Source of the DNA: an uncultured Lachnospiraceae bacterium
GTDB lineage: Bacteria > Bacillota > Clostridia > Lachnospirales > Lachnospiraceae
Assembly: GCA_910587105.1 (NCBI GenBank)
Contig: CAJUMB010000004.1
Span: forward strand, 3,918-67,917
Direction: 5' to 3'
DNA length: 64,000 nt
Part shown: in pieces, positions 53,056 through 62,870 of the stretch
Numbering within the stretch: the stretch's first letter is position 1
Layout: every line of letters begins with the position of its first letter
Notes under the pieces: generated by a model
Told to the model about the DNA's origin: nothing
Database searches by the model: none
What the model saw: the letters and a program-made list of their open reading frames with translations, nothing else
Position numbers and translations under genes: made by a program

Positions 53056-53272
53056 AAATGGATGACCCATTTATAGTAAATATATACAAAAGTCCATGCG
53101 GAAGATGGGCGAATCTGCTGGAATTATAAAAAGTGCTTGATATTTATGGAAACAGTGCTATAATAAATATAGAAATTGGGTGACCCAATAGAACGCAAAA
53201 TGCATTTATGTAATCTATTTCACTGTCTTTTTACGGGCAGTGAAAAAAATAAGCAGATTGGGTAATCCAATC
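53056..53272 (+). promoter_or_regulatory. Lactate operon promoter with three FadR/LldR-like palindromes
   Basis: aaatggatgacccattt (53056), attgggtgacccaat (53175), gattgggtaatccaatc (53256); TTGATA-16 bp-TATAAT (53137-53164). Confidence 0.75.
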
Positions 53273-53292
53273 GGAAAGGCGGAAAGAGAACC

Positions 53293-54840
53293 TTGTTATT
53301 ACTGAAATTTGTGCTCGCAATGCTGCCGATTATCTGGCTGATCGCCGCGCTGAGCGGATTGAAAATGGCTGGACATAAAGCTTGTGTGATTGCACTGGTG
53401 GTAACCATGGCACTGGCAATCGGTTATTGGCGGCTGAATGTTTTATGCACAGCGACAGCGGCGCTGGAGGGGGCTTTGAATGCATTATGGCCCATTTGTC
53501 TGGTCATTGTGGCCGCCCTTTTCACCTATAACCTGACCTTGAAAACCGGGGCAATGGAATTGATTAAGAAGATGCTGGCCGGGGTTTCAAGAGATAAGAG
53601 AGTTTTGGCATTGATTATTGGCTGGGGCTTCGGAAACTTTATGGAAGGCATGGCTGGATTTGGGACGGCAGTGGCTATACCGGCTTCCATGCTGGCAGGA
53701 ATCGGGCTTGACCCCATGAGTGCAGTTCTTGGCTGCTTGGTGGTGAATTCTACACCCACAGCATTTGGATCAGTAGGGGTTCCCACTGTCACGCTGGCGT
53801 CTGTGACAGGACTTGAGGCAGTTCCCCTGGCGGGAAGCGTTGTGGTAATCCAGTGTATTTTAACTTTTATTTCTCCGTTTTTGATGGTCTGCATCTGCGG
53901 AAAAGGCATAAAGGCATTAAAGGGAATGTTTCCCACCACATTAATTGCATCCCTTTCCTTTACCGTGCCATGGTTTTTCACGGCGCAGTTTATCGGACCG
54001 GAGCTTCCAGATATTATAGGCTCCATCTGTTCCATGGGCTGTATCATTGCAGCGGCAAAGATTTTCAACAAAAATCCAGATGAAGAATATGCCATTCAGA
54101 TAGCTGAGAACAGACAGTCACAAGAAAATATGACGGTTGGCACGGGGGTTAAGGCGTGGAGTTCATTTATTTTAATTTTCCTTCTTTTAATGATTACTTC
54201 TACCCTGTGCCCGCCTATACATAATGCAATTGCAGGTATTAAGAGCAGTGTTGTAGTTTATGCCGGAGAAGGGGGAAATGCCCTTGGCTTCAGCTGGATC
54301 AATACTCCGGGGGTTATGATTTTTATCGCCGCCATTATCGGCGGTTTGATCCAGGGGGCTTCGGTGAAAGACATGGCAGAGGTTTTCCTTGAAACATTGA
54401 AAAAATACTGGAAAACCATTCTCACCATCTGTTCTGTCATGGCAACAGCAAAGATTATGAGTTACAGTGGAATGATTTCCGATATTGCAAAATTCCTGGT
54501 GGCGGCGGCAGGACCGTTTTATCCGTTTATTGCTCCCCTCATTGGGGCTCTGGGGGCATTTGTCACAGGGTCCGGCACATCCACGTGCGTTCTTTTTGGA
54601 GGGCTGCAGAGTGAAACGGCTCTGGCACTGGGGTTGAACGCCAGCTGGATGGCAGCCGCCAATGTGATGGGGGCCGGAATTGGAAAGATGATCTGTCCCC
54701 AGGGTATAGCCATCGGGGCAGGTGCAATCAATGCAGTAGGTTCAGAAAGTAAGATATTAAGCGCAGTATTCAAGTATTTCTTGTTATATGTGATTCTTGC
54801 AGGCGTAATCTGCTATGCAGGGTCCATGATGGGGTTTTAA
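53293..54840 (+). CDS. lctP: Lactate permease
   Basis: FMEGMAGFG, PTAFGSVGVP, GAFVTGS, GKMICPQ; TTG start. Confidence 0.92.
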   Translation: MLLLKFVLAMLPIIWLIAALSGLKMAGHKACVIALVVTMALAIGYWRLNVLCTATAALEGALNALWPICLVIVAALFTYNLTLKTGAMELIKKMLAGVSRDKRVLALIIGWGFGNFMEGMAGFGTAVAIPASMLAGIGLDPMSAVLGCLVVNSTPTAFGSVGVPTVTLASVTGLEAVPLAGSVVVIQCILTFISPFLMVCICGKGIKALKGMFPTTLIASLSFTVPWFFTAQFIGPELPDIIGSICSMGCIIAAAKIFNKNPDEEYAIQIAENRQSQENMTVGTGVKAWSSFILIFLLLMITSTLCPPIHNAIAGIKSSVVVYAGEGGNALGFSWINTPGVMIFIAAIIGGLIQGASVKDMAEVFLETLKKYWKTILTICSVMATAKIMSYSGMISDIAKFLVAAAGPFYPFIAPLIGALGAFVTGSGTSTCVLFGGLQSETALALGLNASWMAAANVMGAGIGKMICPQGIAIGAGAINAVGSESKILSAVFKYFLLYVILAGVICYAGSMMGF

Positions 54841-54884
54841 ATAGTTATGATTAGTTATGATTATATTTTTTAGGAGGTAAGAAA

Positions 54885-56297
54885 ATGTACAACCAATTAA
54901 CACCAGAAATTATCGATCAGATTAAAGCGGTGTCCAGTCATGTGTTCCTGGGAGAAGATATCAATCCCGATTATGCGAAAGACGAGATGCCCATTTACGG
55001 AACCCGTATGCCGGATCTGGCTGTTCAGCCCAGGTCAACGCAAGAAGTTTCAGAAGTGATGAAAATCTGCTATGAAAACAATATTCCTGTTACACCCAGG
55101 GGTGCGGGAACCGGACTTGCCGGAGGCGCTGTCCCCTTATATGGCGGTGTGTTGATTGATATATCAAAGATGAACAAGATCAAATCCTATGATATGGAAA
55201 ACTTTGTTGTGGAAATTGAGGCAGGCGTTCTGCTGAACGATCTGGCAGAAGACTGCCGGGGCAAAGGCATGCTGTATCCGCCGGACCCAGGTGAAAAATT
55301 TGCATGTGTGGGCGGCAATGTGGCCACCAACGCAGGCGGTATGAGGGCGGTAAAATACGGAACCACCCGGGATTATGTACGCGCCATGACAGTGGTGCTT
55401 CCCAATGGCGAGATTACTCATCTGGGGGCAACCGTATCCAAAACATCCTCTGGATATTCTCTGCTGAATCTGATGATTGGTTCAGAAGGAACACTGGGAA
55501 TTATCACAGAGTTGACCATGAAGATTATTCCTGCGCCCAAGGTTGCAGTTTCTCTGATTATTCCGTTTAAAGACTTAAATACGGCTCTGGCCACGGTACC
55601 GAAGTTTAAAATGGCCCATATGGACCCACAGGCAATTGAATTTATGGAGCGGGAGATCGTGCTGGCGTCTGAGCGTTATGTGGGCAAATCTGTATTCCCA
55701 CAGGAGCTGTATGGAATGGAAATCGGTGCCTATCTCCTTGTGACATTGGACGGCAATTCGGAAGAAGAAGTGGATGCCCTGATTGAGCAGGCGGGTGAAC
55801 TGGCACTGGAGGCAGGTGCCATTGAGGTATTGATTGCAGATACACCCACAAGAATTAAAGATGCGTGGGCAGCCCGTTCCTCTTTCCTGGAAGCCATTAT
55901 GGAAGAAACAAAACTGCTGGATGAATGTGACGTGGTAGTGCCAGTGAACAAAATTGCCAGCTATCTGGAATTTGTAAACAAAGCTGGAAAAGAATGTGGT
56001 TTGACCATTCGTTCCTTCGGGCACGCAGGGGATGGAAACCTTCATATTTATCAGTGCTCCAACGATCTGGAAGAAGAAGAATTCAAAAATCGTGTGGATA
56101 AATTCTTCGATATTATCTATAAAGAGGCTACAGACTGCGGCGGACTTGTTTCCGGAGAGCATGGCATTGGCTCTGGGAAGGTGAAATATCTGGTGGATTC
56201 TGTGGGTGAGACAAATATGGCAATTATGGAAGGCATCAAGCGGGTATTTGACCCGAAGATGATTTTGAATCCAGGAAAAGTTTGTTATCGTTTATAA
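54885..56297 (+). CDS. lctD: FAD-dependent D-lactate dehydrogenase (GlcD/LctD family)
   Basis: PRGAGTGLAGG, GGNVATNAGG, GHAGDGNLH, GEHGIG, LNPGK. Confidence 0.88.
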   Translation: MYNQLTPEIIDQIKAVSSHVFLGEDINPDYAKDEMPIYGTRMPDLAVQPRSTQEVSEVMKICYENNIPVTPRGAGTGLAGGAVPLYGGVLIDISKMNKIKSYDMENFVVEIEAGVLLNDLAEDCRGKGMLYPPDPGEKFACVGGNVATNAGGMRAVKYGTTRDYVRAMTVVLPNGEITHLGATVSKTSSGYSLLNLMIGSEGTLGIITELTMKIIPAPKVAVSLIIPFKDLNTALATVPKFKMAHMDPQAIEFMEREIVLASERYVGKSVFPQELYGMEIGAYLLVTLDGNSEEEVDALIEQAGELALEAGAIEVLIADTPTRIKDAWAARSSFLEAIMEETKLLDECDVVVPVNKIASYLEFVNKAGKECGLTIRSFGHAGDGNLHIYQCSNDLEEEEFKNRVDKFFDIIYKEATDCGGLVSGEHGIGSGKVKYLVDSVGETNMAIMEGIKRVFDPKMILNPGKVCYRL

Positions 56298-56315
56298 AAG
56301 ATTAGGAGGAACATT

Positions 56316-57119
56316 ATGAATATTTGTGTTTGTATAAAACAAGTACCTGATACCAATGAGATCAAAGTAGATCCAGTTACACATACGCTGATTAGAAAGG
56401 GCGTTCCCAGTATTGTCAACCCATTTGATACTTATGCCCAGGAAGTAGGCGTGCGTCTGAAGGAAAAAGCCGGGGGAAGATTAGTAGTTATCTCTATGGG
56501 ACCGGCTCAGGCTGCAGGAGCCATTAAATCCTGTCTTGCGGTAGGCGCTGACGCCGGTTATCTGATTTCCAGCAGAAAATTTGGCGGTTCGGATACTCTG
56601 GCTACCAGTTACATTCTGTCCGAGGCCATTAAAGCAGTAGAGGAAAAAGAGGGACTGAAGTTCGATCTGATTCTCTGTGGAAAACAGGCAACTGACGGAG
56701 ATACTGCCCAGGTAGGGCCAGAAATTGCGGAACATCTGGATATGCCTCAGGTTACATATGCTCTGGATATCCTGGAAAAAGACGGAGAAATTCAGGTGAA
56801 ACGGGAGCAGGATGCAGGATACGATATGATTGCTGCAAAACTTCCGGCAGTGGTGACCGTGGTGAAACTGCCTTACGAGCCCCGCTATCCAACGCTGAAA
56901 ACCCGGATGGAGGCTAAGAAAAAAGAGATTCCTATGTTGACAGAAGAAGATATGCCGTCCATAAACCTTGCCATGTGTGGTTTGAAAGGCTCACCCACAA
57001 GAGTAAAGAAAACTTATACACCTGTAAGGGAGAAAAACGGGGTGAAGCTGGCAGGCATGGATGCGGCCAGTGCGGCAAAAGAAGTAGTAAAGCAGCTTTG
57101 CGATGGAAAACTTTTATAG
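56316..57119 (+). CDS. etfB: Electron transfer flavoprotein beta subunit
   Basis: CIKQVPD, GSDTLATS, GKQATDGDTAQVG, GLKGSPT. Confidence 0.95.
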   Translation: MNICVCIKQVPDTNEIKVDPVTHTLIRKGVPSIVNPFDTYAQEVGVRLKEKAGGRLVVISMGPAQAAGAIKSCLAVGADAGYLISSRKFGGSDTLATSYILSEAIKAVEEKEGLKFDLILCGKQATDGDTAQVGPEIAEHLDMPQVTYALDILEKDGEIQVKREQDAGYDMIAAKLPAVVTVVKLPYEPRYPTLKTRMEAKKKEIPMLTEEDMPSINLAMCGLKGSPTRVKKTYTPVREKNGVKLAGMDAASAAKEVVKQLCDGKLL

Positions 57120-57131
57120 GAGGGGCGCGGT

Positions 57132-58139
57132 ATGAGTAATCTGAATGATTATAAAAATATATGGGTGTTCATTGAAACAGAATGCGGAAAAGCAAAAAAT
57201 GTGGGTTATGAATTATTAAATGTGGCGAAACCGCTGGCGCAGCAGAAAGGCTGTCCGCTGGTTGCTGTGGTAATCGGAAAAGATATTGAATATGTGGCAA
57301 AAGATGCTATCTGTTATGGGGCGGATTCCGCCATTATTGTAGACGCACCGGAATATGAATATTACACTACAGATGCTTTTACAAAGGCACTGGTGACACT
57401 GGTGGAAAAGTATAAACCAGAAACACTGATGATCGGAGCAACCAATAATGGCCGTGACATGGGTCCAAGGGTGTCCTGCCGCTTAAAGACCGGACTGACA
57501 GCAGACTGTACAGAAATCGGCATTGACGAAGACACGGGAAATATTGCGTGGACCCGTCCCACATTCGGCGGAAACCTGATGGCTACTATCATGTGTCCGG
57601 ATAACCGCCCCCAGATGGGTACGGTAAGACCAGGTGTGTTTAAAAAAGGTGCTTACGATGAGAGCCGTACCGGAGAGATTATAAAAGAAACCATTCATAC
57701 AGCAGCAGAAGAAATCCGTACCAAATTGGTAGAACGTGTCAATGAAGTGACAGAGGCCATCAATCTGGAAGAAGCAGATGTGATTGTAGCCGGCGGCCGC
57801 GGCGTGGGTTCGGCAGAGAACTTTAAACTTCTGGAAGAACTGGCAGAGGCAGTGGACGGAACTCTTGGATGCAGCCGTGCGGCAGTTGATGCAGGATGGA
57901 TGCCCTATGTACATCAGGTGGGTCAGTCAGGAAAAACAGTAGCTCCAAGGCTTTATTTTGCCATTGGTATTTCCGGGGCAATCCAGCATCTGACAGGAAT
58001 TGCCGGGTCTGACACAGTGATTGCGGTGAATAAAGACTCAGATGCCCCCATTTTTGATGTGGCAGATTACGGGATTGTGGGAGATTTGAATGAAGTGGTT
58101 CCTGCGTTGACAGAAGCAATAAAAGCCCGCAAGGCTTAA
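57132..58139 (+). CDS. etfA: Electron transfer flavoprotein alpha subunit
   Basis: TGLTADCT, RPTFGG, QVGQSGKTV, GISGAIQH. Confidence 0.95.
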   Translation: MSNLNDYKNIWVFIETECGKAKNVGYELLNVAKPLAQQKGCPLVAVVIGKDIEYVAKDAICYGADSAIIVDAPEYEYYTTDAFTKALVTLVEKYKPETLMIGATNNGRDMGPRVSCRLKTGLTADCTEIGIDEDTGNIAWTRPTFGGNLMATIMCPDNRPQMGTVRPGVFKKGAYDESRTGEIIKETIHTAAEEIRTKLVERVNEVTEAINLEEADVIVAGGRGVGSAENFKLLEELAEAVDGTLGCSRAAVDAGWMPYVHQVGQSGKTVAPRLYFAIGISGAIQHLTGIAGSDTVIAVNKDSDAPIFDVADYGIVGDLNEVVPALTEAIKARKA

Positions 58140-58156
58140 AAGCCGGGAATCTGCAT

Positions 58157-59302
58157 ATGGATTTCAGGCGGGATGCGTTACATCAGGATATCTTGGAGAT
58201 GGTCCATGATTTTGCGGTGGAGGATGTAAAACCGCTGGCCAGGGAGATTGACAGAACAGAAGAATTTCCCATGGCAAATGTGAAAAAAATGGCGGAAATG
58301 GGGTTTTTGGGAATCCCGTTTCCGGAGAACTATGGCGGTTCCCAGATGGATTTTCTCACCTATATTCAGACGGTGGAAGAATTGAGTAAATATTGTGGGA
58401 CTACAGGGAACATTGTATTTGCCCATACCACTTTCTGCAGTACTCCCATCTATCAGTTCGGGGCAGAGTGGCAGAAAGAGAAATATCTCACAAAATTGTG
58501 TTCTGGTGAATGGCTGGGAAGCTTCGCTCTCACAGAGCCTGAGACAAAAAGCGGTGCGTCCGGCCGCTATCAGATTACAGCGGTGGACGCGGGAAGCCAT
58601 TGGGTGCTGGATGGATATAAAACTTTTGTATCCGGGGCTGATGTGGCAGATGTATTTTTTGTAACAGCTATGACCAGCCAGCTGCAGGGAACCAGGGGGA
58701 TTTCCTCCTTTATAGTTGAAAAAGGGTTTCCGGGACTGTCTGTTGGAAAGCGGGAGAATCAGGTGGGAATCCGGGCAGCTTCTATCTGTGAATTGGTTTT
58801 CAGAGAATGTATTGTTCCCAAAGAAAATCTGGTGGGCAGTCAGGGAAAGGGCTTTGAATACGCAGGGACAGTGCTGGATGAAGGGCGCATTTGTGTAGCT
58901 GCCCAGGCCCTTGGCATTGCTGAGGGGGCTTTGGAGGAAACTGCAGATTACGTCCGGGCGCGAAAAAAGTTTGGGCGCAGTCTCTCACAGTTTCAGAAAA
59001 CCCAGTTTGAACTGGCACAGATGAAGACAAACACGGAAGCCGTAAAACTATTGGTGTATCAGGCTGCCTGTGACAGAGACAGCCGGGAATCATTTTCACA
59101 CAGAGCCGCAATGGCGAAATTGGCAGCATCCCAAAATGCATTTGATGTGGCGTACCGCTGCCAGCAGTTGTATGGTGAGCCGGCATATCGGAAAGGCCAT
59201 CCAATCGAGAGAATGATGCGTGACGCAGAAATAACAGAAATTTATGGAGGTACATCCGAAGTCCAGATGAGGGTTATCGCTGGATGGATGGGTATAAAAT
59301 AA
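58157..59302 (+). CDS. Acyl-CoA dehydrogenase-family protein with degenerate active site
   Basis: FALTEP, ERMMRDA.ITEIY.GTSEVQ; catalytic E of IYEGT is G. Confidence 0.85.
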   Translation: MDFRRDALHQDILEMVHDFAVEDVKPLAREIDRTEEFPMANVKKMAEMGFLGIPFPENYGGSQMDFLTYIQTVEELSKYCGTTGNIVFAHTTFCSTPIYQFGAEWQKEKYLTKLCSGEWLGSFALTEPETKSGASGRYQITAVDAGSHWVLDGYKTFVSGADVADVFFVTAMTSQLQGTRGISSFIVEKGFPGLSVGKRENQVGIRAASICELVFRECIVPKENLVGSQGKGFEYAGTVLDEGRICVAAQALGIAEGALEETADYVRARKKFGRSLSQFQKTQFELAQMKTNTEAVKLLVYQAACDRDSRESFSHRAAMAKLAASQNAFDVAYRCQQLYGEPAYRKGHPIERMMRDAEITEIYGGTSEVQMRVIAGWMGIK

Positions 59303-59306
59303 TAAT

Positions 59307-60584
59307 ATGGATATTAAATTGCCATTTTCCAGAGAAGGCATGATGCTGCATCTGGATGACGAACTGGATTATGAGATTTTGGAATCTTCTATTGAGTCTA
59401 TGCCGAAAAGCGGGAAGACAGAAGATCAGATTGTAGCTGAGGCCATGGAAAACCCCATTGGATCACCCAGGCTTTCCCAGCTGTCTGAAGGAAAAGAACG
59501 GATTGTAATCATCTGCTCTGACCATACCAGACCGGTTCCCAGCAAACATATCATTCCGTTTATGTTAAAAGAGATCCGCGAGGGCAATCCCCAGGCAGAT
59601 ATCACATTGCTGATTGCAACAGGTTTCCACCGTGCCACCACCAGAGAGGAACTGGTAAACAAATTCGGTGAAGAAATTGTGGAGCATGAAAAGATAGTTA
59701 TTCATGACAGCCGCGATATGGAGAACATGGTGAATCTGGGAGTTCTCCCTTCGGGGGCACCCCTTTTGATTAATAAAATAGCAGCAGAGGCGGATCTGCT
59801 GGCCAGTGAAGGGTTTATTGAAACCCATTTCTTTGCAGGTTTTTCCGGCGGCCGAAAGAGCGTTCTTCCTGGCGTTTCCAGCCAGGTGACTGTTTTGGGC
59901 AATCATTGTTCTGCTTTTATTGATTCTCCGTACAGCCGTACCGGGGTGCTGGAGAATAATCCCATTCACAGGGATATGATTGCAGCAAGTAAAATGGCAG
60001 GCCAGAAATATATTGTAAATGCAATTATTGATGCAGATAAAAAAGTAGTTCATGCTGTGGCAGGAGATGCCATCAGTGCCCATGAAGCCGGCTGCAGATT
60101 TCTGGAACAGTACTGTCAGGTAACTCCGCAGAAACCGGCAGACATTGCAATTTCAACAAATGGCGGATATCCGCTGGATCAGAATATGTACCAGTCTGTG
60201 AAAGGCATGACAGCGGCAGAGGCAGCCTGCAAAGATGGAGGTATTATCATCATGACGGCTGACTGCGGAGACGGACATGGAGGAGAAGGATTTTATGAAG
60301 CTCTCAGAGACTGTGAGAGTCCCAGTGCCCTTATGAAAGAAATCCTGAAAGTACCCCAGGACCAGACAAAACCAGATCAGTGGGAATATCAGATTCAGAG
60401 CCGTATTCTTATCCATCATAAAGTGATCTATGTGATGTGTGAAAAGTATCGGGCTATGGCAGAAGAAATGGGTTTTGAAACGGCTTCCAATGTAAATGAG
60501 GCTTTGGAAATGGCTCTGAAAGAAAAGGGAAGGTCGGCTCATATTGCAGTGATTCCGGACGGGGTCTCCGTGATGGTAAAATAA
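59307..60584 (+). CDS. larA: Nickel-dependent lactate racemase family protein
   Basis: NPIGS, SDHTRP, ATGFHR, HFFAGFSGGRKSVLPG, YQSVK. Confidence 0.92.
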   Translation: MDIKLPFSREGMMLHLDDELDYEILESSIESMPKSGKTEDQIVAEAMENPIGSPRLSQLSEGKERIVIICSDHTRPVPSKHIIPFMLKEIREGNPQADITLLIATGFHRATTREELVNKFGEEIVEHEKIVIHDSRDMENMVNLGVLPSGAPLLINKIAAEADLLASEGFIETHFFAGFSGGRKSVLPGVSSQVTVLGNHCSAFIDSPYSRTGVLENNPIHRDMIAASKMAGQKYIVNAIIDADKKVVHAVAGDAISAHEAGCRFLEQYCQVTPQKPADIAISTNGGYPLDQNMYQSVKGMTAAEAACKDGGIIIMTADCGDGHGGEGFYEALRDCESPSALMKEILKVPQDQTKPDQWEYQIQSRILIHHKVIYVMCEKYRAMAEEMGFETASNVNEALEMALKEKGRSAHIAVIPDGVSVMVK

Positions 60585-60619
60585 TAGCAGAAAAAGAGCA
60601 TAGTTCAGTTTGGTTGAAA

Positions 60620-60662
60620 GACAGCAGGTTTGCCGGAACAGCCGGCCGGCCTGTTGTTTTTT
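60620..60662 (+). terminator. Terminator after larA
   Basis: gacagcaggt...gcctgttgtttttt. Confidence 0.6.
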
Positions 60663-60812
60663 CGTTCTTGCAAATCGCCTGGCAGTGTACTATAATAGGC
60701 GTAATGCTGTTTTGTCAAGGTACATGAATGTGTCAAAATCAGTGGGCATATTCTAAAGTTATTGTTTGCAGGCAGTCATTCTCAATGACAGATAAGAAAG
60801 TAGATAATTATA

Positions 60813-61520
60813 GTGGATAATTCTAAATTTAATGGAAAAAAATATGAGTACATATTTAACTATTTTTCAGAGCAGATATTGTCTGGGGAACTGCAGTTAA
60901 ATGATAAAATTCCGCCGGAACGGGAAATAGCGGAAAAGCTGGGGGTCAGCCGCAATTCGGTCAGAGAGGTTATGCATATGCTGGAGATTACAGGTTTGAT
61001 CGAGTGTATGCAGGGAAGCGGCAATTATGTCAGGTGCGACCCGATGGAATATATGCTGAAATCAGTAAACATGGTTATGGCACTGATGAAAATTGATTAT
61101 TCCGAGATATTTCATATCCGGACAGGATATGAATATGCGGCGGTCAGACTGGCAATCGAAACTGCGTCACCTGAGGAGTTGGAAGAACTGCATCAGATTT
61201 TACTAAAAATGGACCAGCCTATGAGTTCAAGGGAAAGCGCAAAATTAGATCTGGAATTCCATCACAAATTGGTGAGTGCTTCCCATAACCGGATTTTGAT
61301 TTTATATAATTCTATGCTGGATAATCTGATGGATCAGTTTATCGAAAACTTCCGCACGAAGATTTTAATGAATAAAATGAGGGCAGAATTATTAAGACGT
61401 TCCCATTGGGGAATTTATAACGCTCTGGTGAAAAAGGATCTGCAGGCTGTGATGAAAGCTTTTGATAAGCATTTTCGGATAGTGGAAGAACAGCTGGTAA
61501 AACTCATGCCTAAAAAGTGA
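60813..61520 (+). CDS. GntR/FadR-family regulator (probable lactate regulator)
   Basis: IPPEREIAEKLGVSRNSVRE HTH; FCD domain D.EFH. Confidence 0.9.
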   Translation: MDNSKFNGKKYEYIFNYFSEQILSGELQLNDKIPPEREIAEKLGVSRNSVREVMHMLEITGLIECMQGSGNYVRCDPMEYMLKSVNMVMALMKIDYSEIFHIRTGYEYAAVRLAIETASPEELEELHQILLKMDQPMSSRESAKLDLEFHHKLVSASHNRILILYNSMLDNLMDQFIENFRTKILMNKMRAELLRRSHWGIYNALVKKDLQAVMKAFDKHFRIVEEQLVKLMPKK

Positions 61521-61624
61521 ATGATAAACACGCTCTGGGAAAGGAACGTGTTTTCATTCCTGAATCCGTTCCGCTGCCGGAATGTTCCGTTTTACGGTGC
61601 GATAGATTGTCCATAATAAATATC

Positions 61625-61810
61625 TTAGGAATTGTATGTAAATAACCTATGCCATCTGCTTGTCTTTTTCTCTGGCAGCGCCCGCCCAAAATCAGTTACA
61701 TAGCCCGCTATGCGCCCTTCATTTGGCACAAATCTCCCGCAAAGTGGGGCGTGCAGATGGCAGGAATGATTTTTAAGACACACTCTAAGTTATTTATATA
61801 CAGTTCCTTA
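61625..61810. mobile_element. Composite palindromic element: family-A arms enclosing a family-B fragment
   Basis: Arms ttaggaattgtatgtaaataac / gttatttatatacagttcctta match 4250-4310; interior tagcccgcta..caaatctcccgcaaa..cacactctaag matches the 52783 element. Confidence 0.7.
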
Positions 61811-62356
61811 AAAATGTGCTGCTACAACTTTTTTCAAAAGCTCAATGTCCGATTCCATTGTTTTATAGCCGGACACATGCTCCTGATACCGGTCGAAAGT
61901 AGAGAGGTAACAGGACTCGATGTTCTGTAGTCTTGGCAGCATATCATTTTCCTGTATCAGTTCGATCTTAGTCAGTCTGCCATCGACACTGTCCAATCTT
62001 TCTCCGACATGAGTCAGACTGTCTTCCACATGATCCAGCCTGCCTTCCACATGGTCAAGTCTGTCTTGGGCATGAGTCAGCGTGACTTCAACGTTATCCA
62101 GTCTTTCTTCCACATGAGTCAGTCTGTTTTCAACGTTATCCAGTCTTTTTTCAACATGAATCAGTCTGTTTTCAACGTTATCGAGTCTTTCTTCCACATG
62201 AGTCAATCTGTTTTCAACGTTATCCAGTCTGACTTCAACGTTAGTCAGTCTGCCATTAATTGATTCCAGCTGTGAGTAGATTGGTGTCAATTTATCATCC
62301 AGCCTGCTGTCCAACACCTGTGAAATAGCCATCAGATCTTCTTTAGTCAGAGCCAT
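61808..62356 (-). CDS. Coiled-coil protein with heptad tandem repeats
   Basis: AAAGGTGG RBS before ATG 62356; 13 L-x-(N/H)-V-E-x-R repeats. Confidence 0.8.
   Translation of the reverse strand: MALTKEDLMAISQVLDSRLDDKLTPIYSQLESINGRLTNVEVRLDNVENRLTHVEERLDNVENRLIHVEKRLDNVENRLTHVEERLDNVEVTLTHAQDRLDHVEGRLDHVEDSLTHVGERLDSVDGRLTKIELIQENDMLPRLQNIESCYLSTFDRYQEHVSGYKTMESDIELLKKVVAAHF
61976..62248 (-). repeat. 13 x 21-bp coding tandem repeat with a 42-bp higher-order unit
   Basis: Alternating CTGGATAACGTTGAAAACAGA / CTGACTCATGTGGAAGAAAGA on the minus strand. Confidence 0.9.
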
Positions 62357-62466
62357 GACAACACCACCTTTCCATTGGATTTTTATCATTATATCACATG
62401 AAAAGTATATTGTAAAGGATGAAATGCAATATTTTAAGTTGCATATTTTCCTGGATAAATATATAG

Positions 62467-62494
62467 TTGACAAAAACACTTTTCGTGCTATAAT
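62467..62494 (+). promoter_or_regulatory. thrS promoter
   Basis: TTGACA-16 bp-TATAAT with TGn extended -10. Confidence 0.75.
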
Positions 62495-62537
62495 AGACTG
62501 AAACGTATTACAAACGTTTTTCAGAAAGAATACAGGA

Positions 62538-62811
62538 AAAGCAAAGATGAGACCAGTAGGATGTGGAACATTCCAGAGAGAGATGCCCGTGGAAAAAATA
62601 CGGTGCTGGAAGCATCTCATTGAAGAAGCATCTGAAGACCAGCTCAGAGCGGCTCTAATCAAGCCCGGTGATTCCGTTATCGTCAAGATGAAGCGGCTGT
62701 TTCGCAGAAAATATAAAATGTTTTTTGGAAACGGCAAAAAGGGTGGAACCGCGGTTCAGAAATATCTGGCTCGCCCCTTGTGACATATTGTCGCAGGGTG
62801 CGGGTTTTTTT
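62538..62811 (+). ncRNA. T-box riboswitch (Thr specifier ACC) with terminator
   Basis: AGAGA and GCTGGAA stem-I motifs, GAAG-ACC at 62638-62640, T-box AAGGGTGGAACCGCG at about 62739-62753, terminator 62770-62811. Confidence 0.92.
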
Positions 62812-62870
62812 GCGTTTAGGAATTGTTCAAAATAACTTTCGAACAGTTTATTTTAGAAAGGAGAGAAAAC

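Noticed and set aside
52806..53057. Short ORFs inside the palindromic elements (also 61649-61930)
   Set aside because: No RBS or motifs; they arise by chance from the repeat sequence.
61976..62248. Possible CRISPR array
   Set aside because: Units are contiguous 21-mers without unique spacers, lie in frame within a CDS, and no cas genes are nearby.
62357..62737. N-terminal extension of the 309-aa ORF and ORF 62547-62783
   Set aside because: Both overlap the thrS promoter and T-box; the real start with an RBS is at 62356.
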